Part shown: positions 40,924 to 54,126 of the stretch, piece by piece
Layout: each line of letters opens with the position of its first letter
How positions within the stretch are numbered: the stretch's first letter is position 1
Assembly (NCBI GenBank): GCA_025603075.1
Contig: MU626378.1
Span: 1 to 63,941 of the forward strand
Length of the DNA: 63,941 nucleotides
Reading direction: 5' to 3'
DNA from: Neoconidiobolus thromboides FSU 785
Taxonomy: Eukaryota; Fungi; Entomophthoromycota
Notes under the pieces: model-generated
The model's input: the letters and a program-made list of their open reading frames with translations, nothing else
What the model was told of the DNA's origin: nothing
The model's database searches: none
Program-made: the position numbers and the translations under genes

Positions 40924-41538
40924 TTATAAACAATATAAACTTCTCTGATCGATATCTACAGAGAGCACTATAGCCGCTTTAAGATCCTTTAACCAATCTA
41001 ATAATTTTGATCTTTCTTTTGTACGAATAAGATAAGTTGAGTTATCTTTCATAGTAACCCTAACCACATTATCATATTTGGTATGATTATTAACCCAATT
41101 GATATTACATTGCGATAAATTCCAGCTTTTATAGCTTTGTAATCTATGTTTATTAATACCGTAATGTGTTAAATTAGGATTATATTCATATATCCTTAAA
41201 CTGGTTCCTTGTAATATAAAGTAATTTAATTCCCATTTCTTACTCATAAAACTTCGACTGCTATTTTCCTTTTTTAAATATAAATACCCTTCATTAAATA
41301 TTGAGTACGAATAGTTGGGCAATAATTCATCTTCTACTACTTCTTTCATTGGATTTGAATCCATTTCACTTCCAATATAACTCGGTAATTCAACTATATA
41401 GTCGCTTGTTGGACTGGAGCCATAAACCTCAAGTTCATTATTTAAATTCTCATTAATATTTAGTTGATCTTCACTGATTCCTAAAGCATGCTGAGGTTTT
41501 GAATTCAAATTAAAATTGATAACAGATTGAAGTAACAT
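40924..41538 (-). CDS. PH-domain protein with an LPxY-like motif
   Basis: LLPNYSYSIFNEGYLYLKKE...KKWELNYFILQGTSLRIY...LLDWLKDLKAAI is a PH pattern. Confidence 0.75.
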   Translation of the reverse strand: MLLQSVINFNLNSKPQHALGISEDQLNINENLNNELEVYGSSPTSDYIVELPSYIGSEMDSNPMKEVVEDELLPNYSYSIFNEGYLYLKKENSSRSFMSKKWELNYFILQGTSLRIYEYNPNLTHYGINKHRLQSYKSWNLSQCNINWVNNHTKYDNVVRVTMKDNSTYLIRTKERSKLLDWLKDLKAAIVLSVDIDQRSLYCL

Positions 41539-42807
41539 GATAAAAAGAATAACAATAATAATAATAATTTATTGAAGGAGAAATATAGTGATAACAATAA
41601 TAATTTATACACAAGATAAAGTAAGAAAAATACTAAAATTAAAATAAATCTAATTGAATGCCTATTTATACTTTTCATTTCACTTACTAATAAATCATGA
41701 AGTTGAAAGGATTTGGTTGAATGAGATCATAAGTTACCAAATTTATAGTTTTGCCACTTATCATTGGTTAAATTAATGAAATTAGTAATCAGGTGTTGCC
41801 CCTTTCAGTTCGATTATACTCAAGTTACATTAGGATTTATCACTATTTGATTTTCAAACCAAAACTTTATTGAGAAGTTCTATTTAGAATTATATTGATG
41901 TGGGGTAAAGAGATTGTTAAACTGAAATTAACATTTATATAAAGATGTAATGTAGATAAAATAAAATTGTTGAATGGAATATAGATATGATTATTTATAC
42001 TATTATAAATATCAATTTTATTTTGGACTTAGTTTAAGCTCTAACTTTCAACCTGATGAAGATTTTAGCTAGTTTAAGCCACAGTTTGAGAAATAGTATG
42101 GACTGAGTCAATTAGAGTATTCGAATGTTTTGATATTTGTAATTAGAGAAGATTGAGAGTCCTATTTTTTTATTACACAATCAATGGCAAGTTTTTTAAA
42201 GCTAATTTACCAATATTGAGTACTAATTTAATTCAATGTTAATTTAGTTACTATTGCGGCTCTTTTTAAACTATTTAATGGTTCATTTAAGAGTAAAATT
42301 TATGTTAAAACCCAGCTAAAAGTTAAAGATCAGGCTTTAAAAAAATAGTTGCACAGATGATTTAAAAAATTACTGCTATAAATAGTATAAAAAGAGATAT
42401 GATAATTGTATTATTTCTGATGTTCTCGTTGGGAATCACCCATTGTTTTGAAGATAATGTAAGATAGAAGTTTAATCGGGAATAATTTTGTTTCAGTATT
42501 TAGAGCTATTAAGCTTTTTGAAGTTATTATGAACTATAATAATTTCATATACATTTTGGCTTTAAAATTGGAAAAATAAACATTAAAAACAATAACTGGT
42601 ATTAGAATTTAAATTAACTAATGTTATTTTTTTTAATTGACACTCTATAATAAGTTTTAAGTTTCTATGTTCTATTAATTCCCTATAAGTAAGGTCTATA
42701 GTAACTATATTTATGATCATCAAGATCAAAATTTTAGTCAAATAATAGTAAAATTCTAATAATAAACTATATAATATTAACTTTTATTTAAATTAGAAAA
42801 CACCAAA

Positions 42808-43855
42808 TTAACTTTTTTCATTAGACCAACCAAATCTTGCACTCAAATTATTAATCCTACTATTACTACTTCTATTTGATACTTGAGTATTTGTATTATA
42901 CGCAGGGGGGGGCAGTGGTTGTGTTAAACTTTCATAATTAGATAGCTTAGAATAAGAAGGCGGTAATGATTGAGTATTAACATCATCTAAATTCTTATAA
43001 TTAACACTATTATTACTTCTATTTATAGTTGTATTAGTTGTATTAATTGTATTAATATTGTTGTTACTTAAATGTTTATTTAAATACATTTTACCATAAT
43101 TAGATACCGTTGGGTATGTAAATTTTTTGGGTGAGGAAAAAGATTTATTCTGATACAAATTATAATTAATGGGTATTTTTGGTGAAGATAAATTCGTATA
43201 ATTAACCTGACTTATCTTATAATTAGTGTTAGTACTATTGTTAGTACTATTAATATATGAATTGTTGTCAGTAAAGTATTCATTAGACAAATGATAACTT
43301 AAATGAATTAATATTTCACAAGTTAATGATTTGCCTTCCCAATTTTTTAATAGAAACCATTCACGAAAATTGTTTTTTTTCTTTATATAATCGATATTAA
43401 TAGCATCTACTAAACCAATAAATTCATCTTTTGTTGAATTATATTTATAAAATTCTATATTGAAAAATTTATATTCTAAATCATCACTATAAATAAAGTT
43501 TAGTATTAATATTTGTTTATATGAATAGTATTGATTTTATCTTACAATATAAACTCTTGATTGAAATAAATAGTGGATTTCTCTAATGTTTGATATTTAC
43601 TATAAACCTCTTCTTTTCCATAACGCAATTTAAAATAATATGAGTTGTTTTCTGTCAAATTAATTAATAAACTGTTGTTATTATTATATAAACTATTTAA
43701 CTCCTTACTATCGAATAATTTATCAGAATAAAATTTATTCATATAATCTAAAACACAAGTATATAAATAAATATCGTTATAAATATAGGATAATACTACT
43801 TACCTATTGTTATTTTGAAATAATTTTTAGCTTGATTTTTCGATTTCAAATCCAT
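42808..43855 (-). CDS. C2-domain protein 1 (degenerate Ca ligands) with an Asn-rich tail carrying PPxY motifs
   Basis: Three introns (phases 1,1,2) at the same positions as in the other C2 genes. FNQEFIL...FNIEFYKYNSTKDEFIG...EWFLL. Tail motifs LPPSY and PPPAY. Confidence 0.7.
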
Positions 43856-44383
43856 TTTAGATAAGATAATAAAAAAGAAAACTAAAGTTTAAATAATAAA
43901 GTCAAGTTAATTTAATGTTCTATAAATTCACCGCTATTTTATTGGTAGATTTAAAAATAGAAATTAAAAATTAAAATACAAAGATAAATTAAAGTTGCTA
44001 AGTAGTAATATTATGCGGCGTTATTATTATATTATTACTAATAGTATTTATGTATTTTAAAGTAATAATAGTTTTATATTAATATATTGATACTTTTCTA
44101 ACAATCTTTAAATCTTTAAAAAAAGTTAAATTTGATATTTTTAGAAATCAAATCCGAATTTTTAGCAGTAATTTATTATTAAAAAATACTATAAAAGAAC
44201 AACGGTTTAATGATATCATTTCCCAACAAATTTGCCAATTTGTCACAGTTTTTGTTCAAGAAGTCTTATTAAAAAATGACAAGTTCTGATTTCAATAATT
44301 TGGCTTTTGTTTCATTTTTTTATAATATATAAAAAGAATTAAAGTTTATAATAATCCTTTTATACTAAATAATTTTTATAAGA

Positions 44384-46277
44384 ATGAGTTTAAATATTAA
44401 TAAACAAAAAGGAAGTTTAAAGGTTACTGTTGGTAATAAAAATATAAACTTAAAAGTATAAAATAATTATTCAAATTTATAGTTAGTGCTAAAGACTTAA
44501 AAAATCGAGATGGTTTATTTGGTAAGTTTATAACTATTGATAGACATAACATATTAAATAAAATATTAAACTAACGTTTTAGGCAAAAATGACGCATATA
44601 CTATATTAAAGTTGGGATCACAATCAGCAAAGACAAAAATAATAATGAATGCAGGTTCAAAAGCTACTTGGAATGAAGAATTTTTATTGTAAGTACAAAA
44701 ACATTCTATTTTATTTATTAAAATTAACAAAAACCTTCCTTTACAAAAGTAATGTTAATGGAGAAAGTGAGTTATTAATTGATTGTTATGATTATGATAA
44801 ATTATCAGATGATGATTTAATTGGTAAAACAAGTATCTCTTTATTTACAATAATAGAATTTGGATTTATTGAAAACTGGTATGAAATCAAGCATAAAAAT
44901 AAATATTGTGGTAAAATTCATTTAAAGTGTACTTATTTACCTTTAAAACAAGATACATTTAAACAAACAAATAATAAATTGGATTCAACTACAAATCAAT
45001 TAGCTAATATGTCGATTTCAAATCAAAAAATCGAAAGAGTTAATACCAAGTCAAGTAATAATAATAACACCGGTAACAATGGTCATCCCCCAGTAAACAA
45101 TAATTCAGGTTATCCTCCAAGTAATAATAATTCTGGATATCCGTCATCAACAGGTCAATCTTCTGCATATCCTGCAACCAATAATACAGGTTATCCACCA
45201 GCAAATAACAGCTCAGTATATCCACCAGTAAGCTCGTCTACAAAACCAACTGGAAGCCAACAATCATCTGTATATCCACCTTCAAATAATAATTCAGGAT
45301 ATCCCCCAATAAATAGTAGTTCAGGGTATCCACCTTCAAACGGTAACTCTGGTTATCCACCAATAAGTTCATCAAAACCATCTGGAGCACAAGGGTCATC
45401 TATATATCCTCCTACAAATAACAGTTCTAGTTATCCATCAACAAACAATTCATCGGGATATCCACCATCGAATAATAATTCAGGATACCCACCTTCAACC
45501 TCTAGCTCTGTTTATCCACCACTAAATTCATCAAAACCTACTGAAAGTCAACAATCCTCCGTATACCCTCCAAGCAATAATTCTGGTTATCCTCCAGCAA
45601 ACAATAGTGCAGGACATCCACCTTCAAACAGTAGTTCTGTTTACCCACCAGTAAGTTCCTCTTCAAAGCCAAGTGGAACTCAACAATCATCAGTATATCC
45701 TCCTATAAGTAATAATTCAGTTTATCCACCATTAAAAGAGGATAATAAACAAGAAAGTAATAAAAATTCATCTATTTATCCACCAGAAAATTCATTAAAG
45801 CTATCAACAACTCAACAATCTTCAGGTTATCCTCCTTTAAGTAGTAATTTGGGTTATCCTCCAACAAGTAATAATACAGGTTATCCTCCAACAAGTAATA
45901 ATACAGGTTACCCTCCTTCAAATGTTAGTTCTATTTATCCACCATTAAATGACAATAAAAAGCAAGAAAGCTCTTCAGGATATCCACCAGCTTCTTCTAT
46001 TTATCCACCATCTAATAATTTGTATCCACCTAGTAATACTTCATCCAATCATACAAGTCCTACACAATACAATGTTTATCCACCAATAAGCTCACCTTAT
46101 CCTCCTAATAACAATAGTAATAGTAATAGTAATAGTAATAATACTTCACCTACTTATCCACCCCAAACATCTCTTTATCCACCAGTAAGTTCACCTTATC
46201 CACCACAAAGTAGCCCTTATCCACCTACTAACTCTGGTTATCCACCACAGACTTCTTCATACCCACCAAAGAAATAA
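44384..46277 (+). CDS. C2-domain protein 2 with a long Pro/Ser/Asn/Tyr (YPP) repeat tail
   Basis: LKNRDGLFG|KNDAY...NAGSKATWNEEF|...CYDYDKLSDDDLIG...WYEI, followed by about 400 aa of YPP repeats. Confidence 0.88.
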
Positions 46278-46338
46278 GAATAAAATAAAATTAAAATCAA
46301 AATTATAAACATATTATAAATATTATTGTTATATTAAT

Positions 46339-47099
46339 TTAATTATTATTTTTATTTAAAAAATTAGGATCCAATTTTAATTTATTTAATAATTTATCAT
46401 GCCATTGTTGAAAAGCGGATAAAGGGATTAAAGTATTTGATAAAGATGTATCATTGGATGAACTTACAAAAGAAGTTATAAAATTATATAAATTAGTTAA
46501 AATATTCTGAACTATTGGCAAAGTTGTAGTTTCTAATTTCATTATACTTAAAGTAGTATTATGTTGTGCCATCTGTTGTTCAAGTAATACTAAAGGTTCA
46601 ATACTTATACCTAAACTAACGACTGATAAACCGCTTCCATTATCAACCATATCTTGTGAACGTAATTTATATATAGAACTAGGTTTTTCATTAGTTAAAC
46701 TAGAAATTGATAAAAATTAGTTAACTAAAAATCAATCATAAGTTTTTAATGAATATTATATTATAATTATAAAAATATTATATTATAATTAATCATAATT
46801 ATAAAATATATTACCATCCTAAAAATTGCCAATTTTTATTTGGCCAAAGAAAATGTACAGATGCTCCATGATTATTATCAAATGGAATAGTACCTAACAT
46901 AAATACAACAATATGATTAATACTACTTGGATCACTTAATTCAAATAAATATTTATTGACTTCAACTTGCTGTAAATTTGTTTGAACCTAATAACAAATA
47001 GATATAATTTTAGAATATTTTTGTAAATTTAGTTTTCTTCTTTTTAATAGTTAAATATATTAATCTTACTAATCTTCCTGCTACTATACATCCAAACAT
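46339..47099 (-). CDS. OPI10: Hikeshi/Opi10 (DUF775) protein, multi-exon
   Basis: MFGCIVAGRL|VQT...INHIVVFMLGTIPF...VHFLWP...WQFLG...NEKPSSIYK; LGISIEPL; FQQWHDK...KLKLDPNFL. Confidence 0.88.
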
Positions 47100-47308
47100 C
47101 TTTGTATATTTTACTTAATTTATTAATACTTGTTTAAGATTTTGTTGAAAATAAATTCCATTTTCTTCATTGACTTTTTGTTACGTTTTTATACCTCATT
47201 TTCAATTTGATTTCATTAAATTCAATTTTATTGGTGAATAATAAAATAAGTTAATCTCATTTTTATTTATTTTTAATTTAATTTATTTTCTAAAATTGAA
47301 TACAAATC

Positions 47309-48170
47309 ATGGTTGTAAGTAAAATATAGAATATAATATAATATAATATAACATTATTTTAATATAGAAATTAAATTTATTATTCAAAGCTGAGTTAGTT
47401 AATATTGATCAAATTCAACCTAATTCAAATGATTTTACTTGGTTTTTTAAAGTAATTTAAATTTAAATTTAAATTTAAAATAATTTATAATACTAAATAC
47501 TAATAATTAACTAGGTAGAATGTACTTCATGTCATGAAGTTAACCCAAAATGGGTAGGAATAACAAAAAATGTAACTTTTATTATTATTATTATTATTAT
47601 TTATAACTCTTATCAATTGTAAATTAAATAATCTAATTTCTTTTTTTTTAATAGGAAGAAATTGAATTAAGTAACTCTCGTGGTAGTGCTAACTTAGTAA
47701 TTAAATGTAAGTTTTGTAAAAGAGAAAGTAGTTGTTCTTATGATACAAGTCAAAAAATTCAACCTTACTCAATGGAAAATAATAATCAATATCAAATTAT
47801 TACTACTTTAGAATGTCGTGGGTTGGAAATTGTTGCTTGGCAACCTAGAGTAAGTTTAAAAATTAATTGACTTTTTTGAAAAGAATAGTTTATTAATATT
47901 ATAATTTATATATATATTAAAATAATATAGGATGATTTCATTGCTTTTGGTGTCGAATCAAATATCAAATTTGAAGATATTGATTTAACTGACGGTGAAT
48001 GGGCTGATTATGATGAAAAAGTAAGCTAATATAATATAATATAATTATATTATTATATTATTAATTTTATTAATTTTATTAATTTTATTAATTTTATTAA
48101 TTTTATTTTATAACAGGCTAATCAAGAAGTATCTATAATGGGAATTGAGACTAAAATAGAAAAAGCATAA
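47309..48170 (+). CDS. DUF866 / CXXC zinc-binding protein (CZIB-like), multi-exon
   Basis: MV|KLNLLFKAEL...WFFK|VECTSCHE...SRGSANLVIKCKFCKRE...ECRGLE...W.P...DGEWADYDEK. Confidence 0.9.
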
Positions 48171-48313
48171 AAATAAAAGTTAATTAACTAATTTTACTTA
48201 TATATAATAATTATTAAATATTTAATTTATTTTTATTTTATTTTATTTTTATTTTTATTTTTATTAAGTGAGTTTTATTTATTTATTTATTTAGTTTAAT
48301 TTATTTATTATAA

Positions 48314-49594
48314 TTAATATAAAGTATTAACAGAATTACCAATAACAATAATAGATGGTGATTGAATTTTAAACTTATTAGCTGTTACTATTAACTCTTT
48401 TAATGTAGTAAAAATGTTTCTTTGATTATCTCTAGAAGCATTCTCAATAATAGCAATATTAATAATATCTGGATATTTCAATTCTCTTAATGATAATTGA
48501 ACTTCATTTATCTTATGAACTGCCATTAATAATATTAGTGTTCTTTGTTCTTCATATATTGGTAAATTAATAATTCGATTATCACATGTAGTACCTGTAC
48601 ATACTAAAAATTGGTTGGTTATAGAACGATGAGTTATAGGTATATTTGCTAATAATGGAGCTGATAAACAAGAAGAAATACCTGGAATAATTTTAGGCTC
48701 ATAACCTAATTTTCTATAATATAAAACCTCTTCTCCCCCTCTACCGAAGATAAATGGATCCCCTCCTTTTAATCGAACAACTAATTGTCCTTTTATTAAA
48801 CCTTGTTTTCCATACTCATTTAATTCATTTTGAGCATTAATTTGATTCCCTTGATATTTATTAGCTATCTTTAATTCCCCTCGAACTAGGTTTAATATTT
48901 CTTTACTTATTAGTTTATCTGCTAAAACTAAATCTGCTTGTTCTATGATTTGTTTTGCTTTAAGTGTTAATAATCCAATATCTCCAGGTCCAGCACCAAT
49001 TAAATAAATTTGAGCTTGAGTAGTTATTGTATTAATATTTATATTATTATATTGTATTAATTCATTATTATTATTATTATGTAAAATATCGTTATTTATT
49101 TCCATATTGTTATTATTTGTTATATCCTCATTTGATTTATAACCTTCATCATTTATATTATTATTATTTAATAAACAAACATCATGATTTAAATGAATTA
49201 AATCTTCTATCCAAATATCACTTAAATTAAAATTATTATGAAGAAATATTGGTATATTTAATAAATTACATTGATTTTTTAGCCATAATAATTTATTATT
49301 ATTACTGTTTTCAATTAATAATAATTGACAATTTAATAAATCACATTGATTTATATCTTTATATTTTATACTAAAATTCTTATTATTATTTACTAATGTT
49401 ATTAATTCTGGCTTGACTTTACATTGTATATTATGTTTGTTATTAAACATAATTACTTTATTTCCTGTATTTAATGCAAAATATGCAAAATGATAAGCTA
49501 AACAAGAATTACCTAATATTATTATATCCTTCTGTTTCTTTTTCCATATCAATTTTAAAGGTTGATCATAACTTAATGGATTTATTATATTCAT
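48314..49594 (-). CDS. MET1: Uroporphyrin-III C-methyltransferase (Met1 type) with a degenerate N-terminal CysG-like domain
   Basis: IYLIGAGPGDIGLLT, VVRLKGGDPFIFGRGGEE, PGISSCLSAP. N-terminal Rossmann-like remnant IIILGNS. Confidence 0.9.
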   Translation of the reverse strand: MNIINPLSYDQPLKLIWKKKQKDIIILGNSCLAYHFAYFALNTGNKVIMFNNKHNIQCKVKPELITLVNNNKNFSIKYKDINQCDLLNCQLLLIENSNNNKLLWLKNQCNLLNIPIFLHNNFNLSDIWIEDLIHLNHDVCLLNNNNINDEGYKSNEDITNNNNMEINNDILHNNNNNELIQYNNININTITTQAQIYLIGAGPGDIGLLTLKAKQIIEQADLVLADKLISKEILNLVRGELKIANKYQGNQINAQNELNEYGKQGLIKGQLVVRLKGGDPFIFGRGGEEVLYYRKLGYEPKIIPGISSCLSAPLLANIPITHRSITNQFLVCTGTTCDNRIINLPIYEEQRTLILLMAVHKINEVQLSLRELKYPDIINIAIIENASRDNQRNIFTTLKELIVTANKFKIQSPSIIVIGNSVNTLY

Positions 49595-50263
49595 TTTAAT
49601 TTAATTTATAATAATAATAATAATAATAATTTATTATAATATTAAATATAATTCTAATTTGTTTTTATACTTTTTAATTATGATACCATATCACCTTAAT
49701 ACTACCTCATCTTTTTAAAATTAGATCATCTTATCTTAAGATGGTATCATTTAAATTTTATTTTTAAATTTACATTGTTTAAAATGTTAATTATAAAAAA
49801 TAGAGTTTGAATTTCTTAAAGATAAGGGTTTAAGATTATTAATACTTTAAAAAGATTGAAAAATAATAGTATTAATAATAATTCTAATAATAATATTAAT
49901 AGTTTCTAAGTTTTAGTTAATAATATTATAATTTTTTTTACTTGATTAGAAACTATTTCATTTTTATATTAATTGTATGAAATTTGTATTAAACTTAATA
50001 TTTAGTTTACATAGTTATCTTTTCGGATTATTTAAAATTAGAATCATTCAATTCAATTTTGACATTAGATTATCTTTATCTTTATCTTTATCTATTTATT
50101 ATAATTTTATTAATGTAATATAGATATTATTTTAATTACATTATATATATTGAAAACTATATAAGTTAATTATTAAATATTATTTACAATTAATTCAAAT
50201 AGAGTTTTGATTTTGAAATACCATTTTAATAAGATGTTTAACTCATTTTATTATTAAAGATAT

Positions 50264-50361
50264 GGGGATGTATTCTTGTATTTAAGAATTTTACTAACAA
50301 TTTTCCACTTAAATAACGCTTAAAAGATGGAAAAAGTAATTTAGCCAAGAAAAACATCCTT
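50264..50361 (-). mobile_element. MITE copy
   Basis: ATAT|GGGGATG...ACATCCTT|ATAT. Confidence 0.87.
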
Positions 50362-50855
50362 ATATAATTAATAGTTATTTATAAAAATTAGAATATTAAA
50401 GTTTTTATTATAAAGTTTATTTTAAATAATGTACTTAGAACTATTTTTAATGTTTTTAATGTTTTCTTTTTAAATAATAAAGTGAATTAAAAATCAAATA
50501 ATTTTGATATTAATAAATAATAAAGATATATAAACTAATTAATGTAATAGAAAAAAGAATTAATAATTAACAAAAAATTAAATTACTGTTTCAATTTATT
50601 ATTTTATTTTATTTTATTTTATTTTATTTTATTTTTCATTCTATTTAAAGTTTATATAACTTTATAAATATTATTTTATTTTAAAATATATCTTAATATA
50701 GTTATAAAAACTATATAATAATTAATTCTTTTTTATGTGAAAATTTTCAATAAAATATTATCAAGTTCATTGGCTAAAAAAATAAGCTATTCATAAAATT
50801 TGAAATTTTTATCTTTATTTTTTATTTATAGATTTAAATAGAAATTCAATAAAAG

Positions 50856-51320
50856 ATGTTAAGAAATAAAATAATAACAATTCATAGACGAAGTATTTAT
50901 AACACAAGTAACTTATTAAGACATGTAAGAAATAACAAAAGTAATAAAATTAATGATGATAATATTAAAAAAGAAACAAAAGCATTTAATAGTCGAAATT
51001 TAAATCAATATTTAACTTGGGAAAATATAAGTCAACCAGCCAAAAAAGAAAAAGATATTGAATTTAAAAAGATTAATAATAGTTTACCTGGATTAGATAT
51101 TCCCTTTTTTCAACAGATATGTGAAGATTTTGATAAAATTGAAACTGATAAAATAAAAGATGATATTAAAGTTTATAATTTATATAGAAAAGAAGCTATT
51201 GGAGTACAAGAAAATGATGATGAAACAGCCATATTATTATTAAAAGAGAAAGATATTCAATTAAATAATGATAATAATGAATTATTACAAATAATTGAAG
51301 ATAATCCGATACTTTGTTTA

Positions 51321-51364
<44 letters not shown>

Positions 51365-52394
51365 AAATAATAGAATAATAGATGATGATGAACCTATGGT
51401 AACTTTAGAACATTATAGAGTTGGAGATTTAGTTGGTACAGCTATGGATACTGGTATTATATTTCAAATTAAAAATGGATATATTTATTATATTACAAAA
51501 AAAGGAACAATAATTCGTACAGGTCATTTAAATTTGAAGTTTTTATATCCTGATTTTATTAATAGTAAATATTGTAAAAAATTAATTCAAAGCAAAAATG
51601 CAGAAAATGTTATTATTGATTTATTAAAGAATAAAAATATAAAGAATTATTTCCCATTAGGAGTTTATTTAATGAAACAAATTGAACAAGATGCTAATTT
51701 ATTTCAATTTCAATATCATCATCAAATTCAACAATATTTAAATCAATGTAAACAAAAAGAAATTAAAAGTGTTAATATTAAACAAGTATGTAAACAAATA
51801 ATGAATCGAAATTCAATTGAAGGGTATGAATTATATGGTATGTATTTAAGTTTTAAATTATCTTTTGATGTTTGTTTTATTGATGGAGATAAAAGAAATT
51901 CATTTGATTTTTATAATAAACAACAAATTGAATTATTTAATAATATAAAACAATTAGTCGAAATTAAAGATAACGAGAATCAATATATTGAATTTATGGA
52001 TAAATGTTCATTATTAATTAATTATAAATATAATAATATTACTAATTTATCGAACAATAATATATTTAATGTATTAAGTGCTGGTTATAAAGAAACAAAT
52101 GAAATATCAGTAAGTAAAGAATGGATTAAAAGTCGAGGATTGAAGACAATAACAAATAAAAATGAATTACCACAATTTAATGAAAAAGAAATTCAAGTAA
52201 TATTAGGAATATTTGAATTTATATTAACTGATAAATTAGGGAATGCTCATTCAATTTCAAATTATATATCAAAAATATTAAAACCTTTAGGTTATAATTA
52301 TATTGATTGTTCATTTTGTTATCAATTTTTAGTAGATATTGGTATTATTGAACCTTATTTAGATTTAAATCAATTTAATTATAAATTAAATTTA

Positions 52395-52437
<43 letters not shown>

Positions 52438-52904
52438 TATTTAATATAATTAAATTTCCAACTAAATTTGAAGATATAAATGATTTATATAAAGAAATAC
52501 GAGAAGATAAAACTAATTTAAAAGTATATGCAATAGATGATTTAACTGCAGATGAAATAGATGACGGTATTTCTATAGAAATCATAGATAATAATAATAA
52601 ATGGATTCATATTCATATAGCTGATCCAACAACAATATTAGATTATAATAATAAACAAATAATTAATCAATTAAAATCTCATCCACAATCTATTTATTTA
52701 CCACATGAAACTTATTCAATGTTACCAAATTCAATTGCCCATGGTCCTTGTTCTTTAGGTGGGGATTTAAACAGTAAGAAGTTTAGTTTAACATTTAGTG
52801 CTAAATTAAATGAAGATACTGGAGAAATTCAAGAATATAAAATAACACCAACTATTTTAAAAAATATTATTAGAAAAAGTTATGACGAAGTAGATTTAAT
52901 ATTA

Positions 52905-52947
<43 letters not shown>

Positions 52948-52964
52948 TTAATAATAATAATAAT

Positions 52965-52995
<31 letters not shown>

Positions 52996-53990
52996 TTAAT
53001 AAAGATTTATTATTATTAAGAGATTCAATAATAAAATATGATAACTTTAATGCTAAAAATGGAATACGAATTGAAAGAATAGATACTGAATTAAGAGTTA
53101 ATAATATGAAAAATAATAATTTTAATTTACAACCAAAATATGATAATTATTTAATAGAACCTAAATTAACAATTGATATATTAAATTCCAATGAAACTAG
53201 TTCAAGAAATTTAGTAGCTATGTGTATGAATTTAGCAGGAGATATAGCAGCTAAATATTTTAAAAAATATCATTTACCAGCTTATTTTATAACTCAAGAA
53301 GCACCTGATTATCAATCTGATTTAATTAAAGGAAAATTATTAAAAGAATTTATTGAAAAGAAAATTAAAATACCAGCTACTAATTATTTATATTTTAAAG
53401 CTATAATGAAACCCAATAAATTACAATTATCTTCAAAACCTTTTTTTATGTTAGGTGTACAAGATGGTTATTGTAAAATTACATCTCCACTAAGAAGATA
53501 TTTTGATATTATTTTACATTGGCAAATTAAATATCATTTATTAAAAAAACAAGTATTATTTAATGAAGAGAAATTAATTGAAATGTATAATGATTTTAAA
53601 ATTAAATTATTTGAATTTAATAGATATCAACAACGTCATGAAAAATACAATCAAATTAATTATTTTATTCAAATTGAAAGTTATATTAAAAATTATCAAA
53701 AAATACCTGATAATTTACCTGACAATTTTATACATGGCATACATCAATCGAAATTACCTTCATTAAGAAAGGATTGTAAAGGAATCTATAAAGGTCAATT
53801 AATTGAATACAATCCTAAAGTAGGTTCTTGGATGGTAAGAATACTACCTTTTAATTGGACAGCCTATTATAAACCTACTATTAATTTGGAAGAAAATCGG
53901 TCCAATCAAGCAGGTGAAATTGTGAATATGTTTGTTTTATTAGCAGTTAAAGAAACCAATAATTTAATCTTTTTATCAACTAATGAATAA
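50856..53990 (+). CDS. DSS1: Mitochondrial RNase II/RNB exoribonuclease (Dss1/Cyt-4-like) with poly-Asn tracts
   Basis: Basic N-terminal presequence; YAIDDLTADEIDDGISI, WIHIHIADPT, SIYLPHETYSML, ITSPLRRYFD. Confidence 0.82.
52905..53000 (+). repeat. In-frame (AAT)n tract encoding ~30 Asn (others at ~51321-51365 and ~52396-52437)
   Basis: Read directly from the sequence and the translation. Confidence 0.9.
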
Positions 53991-54126
53991 ATTTAATTGG
54001 TAGTTTTAATAAAAATGGAATTTTGTATTATTTTTTAATTTTTAATTTTTAATTTTAATAGAATTTTAATTTTATACAAGTTAAATATATAGAATAAATA
54101 GAATAGAATATATAAATATTATTAAA

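Noticed and set aside
49680-49750. 10-bp inverted repeat ATGATACCAT/ATGGTATCAT upstream of MET1
   Set aside because: Short arms with a 51-nt spacer, no TSD and no second copy; no convincing snoRNA boxes.
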